Shown here piece by piece: positions 15,008 to 18,325 of a stretch of DNA of 18,325 nucleotides. Every line of letters starts with the position of its first letter. The first letter of the stretch is position 1. The notes below the pieces were generated by a model, which searched no databases, was not told where the DNA came from, and saw only the letters and a list, made by a program, of their open reading frames with translations. Source of the stretch: Candidatus Sumerlaeia bacterium (GTDB lineage: Bacteria > Sumerlaeota > Sumerlaeia > SLMS01); NCBI GenBank assembly GCA_038208905.1, contig JBBQYG010000071.1, forward strand, positions 1 through 18,325, in the 5' to 3' direction. Made by a program: the position numbers and the translations under genes.

Positions 15008-15679
15008 ATGAACCTTCAGCCCATTGAACAACCCGCCGATGAACCCGCGTGGACGCACGATGCCCTCTCCCCGTGGGTGTGGGTCGCTTGCCTCATGGCG
15101 CTCGTGGCGATCCTGGCGGAAGCAACGGTGGTTGGACCGATGATTCTCGCGTGGACTCGCTCGGCCCCGCCCGCGGCGGTTGCTGCCGCCCCGGCACCCT
15201 TGGCGGTCCCCGACGACCCGATGCTCGGATGGCAGAGCGGATTTCTGGTCATGATATACGAAGGGCCGGAGCTGAATCGCCCAATCAAGCTCATGCGTCG
15301 CAATGGTCCGCTCCGGTTCCCGCTCAACAGCGAAATGGGCCCTGATATTCCCGTCGAGAACATGTCGCTGCGCATCTCGGCCCGGCTTCGCCTTCCCCAG
15401 ACGGGCGAGTACCGGTTCTGGATATTCTCCGACGACGGCGCGCGTCTGTGGGTGGACGGCAATCAGGTCTTCTCCGTTTGGCCGAGCCCGACCCGCCCGG
15501 GAGAGATGATCGGTCCGATCGCGCTCGAGGCCGGAACCGTGCCCTTCGTCCTCGACGTGAGCAATACCGTGGGCCCCGGCTGGATCGGACTCGAAATGGA
15601 AGGCCCCGGATTTCCGCGCCGCTATCTGCAAGGGAGCGACTTCATTCCCGAGCCCGCGGCCGGGAGCGGCGCGCCTTGA
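15008..15679 (+). CDS. Membrane-anchored PA14-domain protein
   Basis: Start re-assigned to ATG 15008. TM WVWVACLMALVAILAEATVVGPMILAW, Ala/Pro linker, PA14 signature ENMSLRISARLRLPQTGEYRFWIFSDDGARLWVDG. Confidence 0.88.
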   Translation: MNLQPIEQPADEPAWTHDALSPWVWVACLMALVAILAEATVVGPMILAWTRSAPPAAVAAAPAPLAVPDDPMLGWQSGFLVMIYEGPELNRPIKLMRRNGPLRFPLNSEMGPDIPVENMSLRISARLRLPQTGEYRFWIFSDDGARLWVDGNQVFSVWPSPTRPGEMIGPIALEAGTVPFVLDVSNTVGPGWIGLEMEGPGFPRRYLQGSDFIPEPAAGSGAP

Positions 15680-17799
15680 AGCGAATCAGAACGTATCTGC
15701 CGTGGCTCCTTCCGCTCGCCTTTTTCTGGATAGTCGTGGTGGTGGCGTGGAACGCATCGCGTGGCGAGCCACGCGATCAGGCTGTGATGCGGTACTTCGC
15801 GTTCGATGCGAGCGAGTATGTTTGGGCCTACACGGGACCCCGCCCGCTGCCGGGTGAGAAGCTGGTGCACTACGCCCGAAAGGGGACGCGCTACGCTGCG
15901 GAGGATATCACGCTGGTGGCCTACTCCGCGCCCAATGGTCAGGCGCCGCGCGGTGTCCCGTTGGTCGATTTTCCCGCCAACACGCCGGATTTCTTCTCCT
16001 ACGCCGCCGCCGAGGTTCCCGACTGGCCGGGTGGGCACACGCTCTTCGTGGGCTATCGCTACCGCGCCGACGGGATGAAGTTCTGGGAGCGGGGAACCTG
16101 GCCGAGCGCACCGCTGGAGGCCCGCGGGTGGCGACGCAACAAGGCCACCGAGGCGTTTCAGCAGTCCAAGCTGGAGGAATTCGGCGCCGTCGATGTGCGA
16201 ATCGTCAGCGCCCGCGCCGCCGACAGGATGCGGCCCGAGCATCGCGGAATGTTGCTCCCCACGATGTTTTGGTTTTTGCTTGGCGGCTGGGGATTGGTGG
16301 CGGTCGCGGGCCTGTTCGTGGTGCGCGGTTGGCGCGCCATCTGGCTGCTGTGGAACGCGGTCCTCGCCACGATGATGTGGCACGCCTATTCGGCGCTCGA
16401 TGCATCCCAGTTCTTCTGGACGAGTTTCCACATCGAGCGGGTCGGCCATCCGCCGTTCTGGATCGGCATGGCGCTTGTGCAGGCGATTCTATTTCCGCCC
16501 CTCTCGCCGTTCTGGAGGTGCCTGGGGATGCGGTTCTTCATTCCGCTGACGCGCGCCTGGAGGCCGTGGTGGGGCGTGCTGCTTGCGCCGCCGCTGCTGG
16601 CTCTGGCGGTCGCGTGCTTCGCGGCGATCAACTGTCGCGCCGCCTACGGAGACGCTACCGGCGCGCTCTTCTCGCCTTTCGGATTCGGCAATCGTCACAA
16701 CCCGCTCTCCTGTGCGTTGTTCTACACGTATTTCCATTTCAGGGAGCCTGTGCAGGCGGCACTGGAACCGATCTTTGGCAGGAACCTCGCACTCGCGGGG
16801 ATGCCTCCCGAGGCGATTGCCGCCCCGCCGTTCCTGATCCTCTTCGCGCCGCTCTACCTGATCGGGATTTGGGGGATTGCGTGGACGCTTGGGCGAACAC
16901 TGCGCGAGCGGCTCCTGCTCCTTGTGCTGCTAGCCAGCACAAAGTCGCTGATCACCCAGTTCGCGTATATCGAGATATACGGGCCCGCGGTGGCGATCCT
17001 TGCCTGCGCGCTGGCGATCCTGCTGCGCGCCCACATGCGCGACCGCGATGTCGTGTGGGCTAGCGCGGCGGCGTTTCTTGCCTACTTGTTCCATTTCGGC
17101 GCGGGCCCGATTCTTCCAATTCTGGGGCTTCTCTGGGCGCGTAGGTGGCTTGCGGTGCGCCTGAGGATTCGGTGGATCCTGCCGAGATTCTGCGCCACAG
17201 CGATCCTGGCGGCGGCGATCTGGACAACGACCCTGTTCCTCACCTTCGTCTATCAGTACGACGGCGACGTGGAGAAATACATCGAGTTCGTGGACCTCGG
17301 CGGGCTCGCTTGGTTCAAGGGCCCCGTCAGCGGCCCCAATGACGCGCCGATCCTCTTCTGGGACCGCATGGCGCCCGCCCACTACTACCCGCTGAGGAGC
17401 TGGCAGCACACGACCAATTGGATCGGGGGGCACCTCTTCGGCAGCGGGCTCGTCCCGTTTTTCCTGATCGTTGCGGTTATTGCTGGCGCGCGTGGATGGA
17501 TGCGCTCGTGGGAGGCTTGGGGCACCGTGTCCTGTGCAATTCTCGTTACGGTGCTGGGCTACTTCATCTACAACCAGTTCCCCTATCCGCGCGACTGGGA
17601 CCTGTTCGTCCTGCCGGGCCTCATGCAGATGACGGCGCTGGCCGTGCTGCTCGCGCGGACGCGCGCCCTGCCGCGGCGCGCAGCGCGCTATGCGGTGGCC
17701 GCGATGATCGTCTATCAGCTATGGGATACAGGACTCTGGCTCTACTATAATCTGGCGTGGGGACCGGCGATCCAGCAACGCCATCTGATGCCGTTCTGA
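15676..17799 (+). CDS. Large polytopic membrane protein, possibly GT-C-fold
   Basis: In-frame TTG at 15676 overlaps the PA14 stop (TTGA). N-terminal TM, ~160-aa soluble domain, then more than 10 hydrophobic segments with polar loop motifs AYGDATG, QFAYIEIYG and YPRDWDLF. Confidence 0.8.
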   Translation: MKRIRTYLPWLLPLAFFWIVVVVAWNASRGEPRDQAVMRYFAFDASEYVWAYTGPRPLPGEKLVHYARKGTRYAAEDITLVAYSAPNGQAPRGVPLVDFPANTPDFFSYAAAEVPDWPGGHTLFVGYRYRADGMKFWERGTWPSAPLEARGWRRNKATEAFQQSKLEEFGAVDVRIVSARAADRMRPEHRGMLLPTMFWFLLGGWGLVAVAGLFVVRGWRAIWLLWNAVLATMMWHAYSALDASQFFWTSFHIERVGHPPFWIGMALVQAILFPPLSPFWRCLGMRFFIPLTRAWRPWWGVLLAPPLLALAVACFAAINCRAAYGDATGALFSPFGFGNRHNPLSCALFYTYFHFREPVQAALEPIFGRNLALAGMPPEAIAAPPFLILFAPLYLIGIWGIAWTLGRTLRERLLLLVLLASTKSLITQFAYIEIYGPAVAILACALAILLRAHMRDRDVVWASAAAFLAYLFHFGAGPILPILGLLWARRWLAVRLRIRWILPRFCATAILAAAIWTTTLFLTFVYQYDGDVEKYIEFVDLGGLAWFKGPVSGPNDAPILFWDRMAPAHYYPLRSWQHTTNWIGGHLFGSGLVPFFLIVAVIAGARGWMRSWEAWGTVSCAILVTVLGYFIYNQFPYPRDWDLFVLPGLMQMTALAVLLARTRALPRRAARYAVAAMIVYQLWDTGLWLYYNLAWGPAIQQRHLMPF

Positions 17800-17800
17800 T

Positions 17801-18325
17801 CTAGGGCAACCCAGGAGCCAACCCGCGCGGCGCGACTTCCATCGGGAGGTCCTGCTCGGGATCGCGTCCGCGCACGCCAGGGAAGGAGGTCCCCTCGGCT
17901 CCCGCGGCGGCGGTGGCCGCGGCTTCCGCGTCGAGATCACCCTCCTCCACGAACTTGATCGCGGTGCCGCGCATCATGTAGAGGTTATACGTTCCCTGAC
18001 GATACGCGCGAAACGGCACCGCCTCGTCCACGACGGCGCCGCGTACGCGGTTGTCGAGCTTGCGGACATTCACGATCGCGTCGGCGCCCAGCTTGCGGGC
18101 CCGCTTGTCCAAGTCCAGCAACTGCCGACGGACGGTTTCCGTGTCCTGCTCGCGGTCGGAGAAGCTTTGGATATGCGCGATCTGCACGTGGGGGCGGGTC
18201 ACCTCGTTCACGTACAGCTTCACTTCCGCACCCGGCGGGGTGGCGGGGAACGCCCGCGTGGTGAGGGGATAGACCCGCTTCGAGCTGCACCCGACGGCAG
18301 CAATCGAGAGGGCCACGAGGGAGGC
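17801..18325 (-). CDS. Lipoprotein with YbjQ-like domain; start lies beyond the right edge
   Basis: Frame is open to the window end (ASLVALSIAAVG/CSS lipobox). LDKRARKLGADAIVNVR and MMRGTAIKF match the YbjQ-like pattern. Confidence 0.8.
   Translation of the reverse strand, partial: ASLVALSIAAVGCSSKRVYPLTTRAFPATPPGAEVKLYVNEVTRPHVQIAHIQSFSDREQDTETVRRQLLDLDKRARKLGADAIVNVRKLDNRVRGAVVDEAVPFRAYRQGTYNLYMMRGTAIKFVEEGDLDAEAAATAAAGAEGTSFPGVRGRDPEQDLPMEVAPRGLAPGLP

Noticed and set aside
15448-15675. N-terminal extension of the 783-aa ORF
   Set aside because: It overlaps the PA14 gene in another frame and is Arg-rich shadow sequence; TTG 15676 gives a clean coupled start.
129-18290. Many long overlapping or antisense ORFs in the track (e.g. 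1550-2419, 2427-3293, 4653-5756, 11497-12519, 16128-17063)
   Set aside because: Shadow frames of real genes in high-GC DNA, with no recognisable motifs.
1-18325. CRISPR array, transposase, prophage or defence system
   Set aside because: No spaced direct repeats or recognisable mobile/defence protein motifs were found by eye.

Overview
GC-rich chromosomal DNA, probably from a diderm bacterium since it encodes a TolC-family protein; no mobile element or CRISPR is visible. Left to right: the 5' end of a GT4 glycosyltransferase (-, missing from the ORF track); an ECF sigma/anti-sigma pair (-); a divergent PP2C phosphatase (+); a secreted protein of unknown function (-); a translationally coupled TolC-adaptor-MacB/LolD-type ATPase operon with no permease in it (-); panC (+); a 73-aa ORF; a CobA-HemD fusion whose conserved motifs are degenerate in both halves and which carries a ~70-aa insertion (+); a second GT4 (-); tRNA-Leu(TAG); an ArnT/PMT-like GT-C (-); a membrane-anchored PA14 protein coupled to a large polytopic protein (+); and a YbjQ-like lipoprotein cut by the window edge (-). 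Best leads: the possible CobA-HemD pseudo-enzyme, two GGAAC-N17/18-GTC ECF-type promoters linking the sigma operon and the secreted protein, the permease-less export operon, and a GT-C/PA14 envelope glycosylation module. All family calls come from motif recognition by eye, with no database searches.
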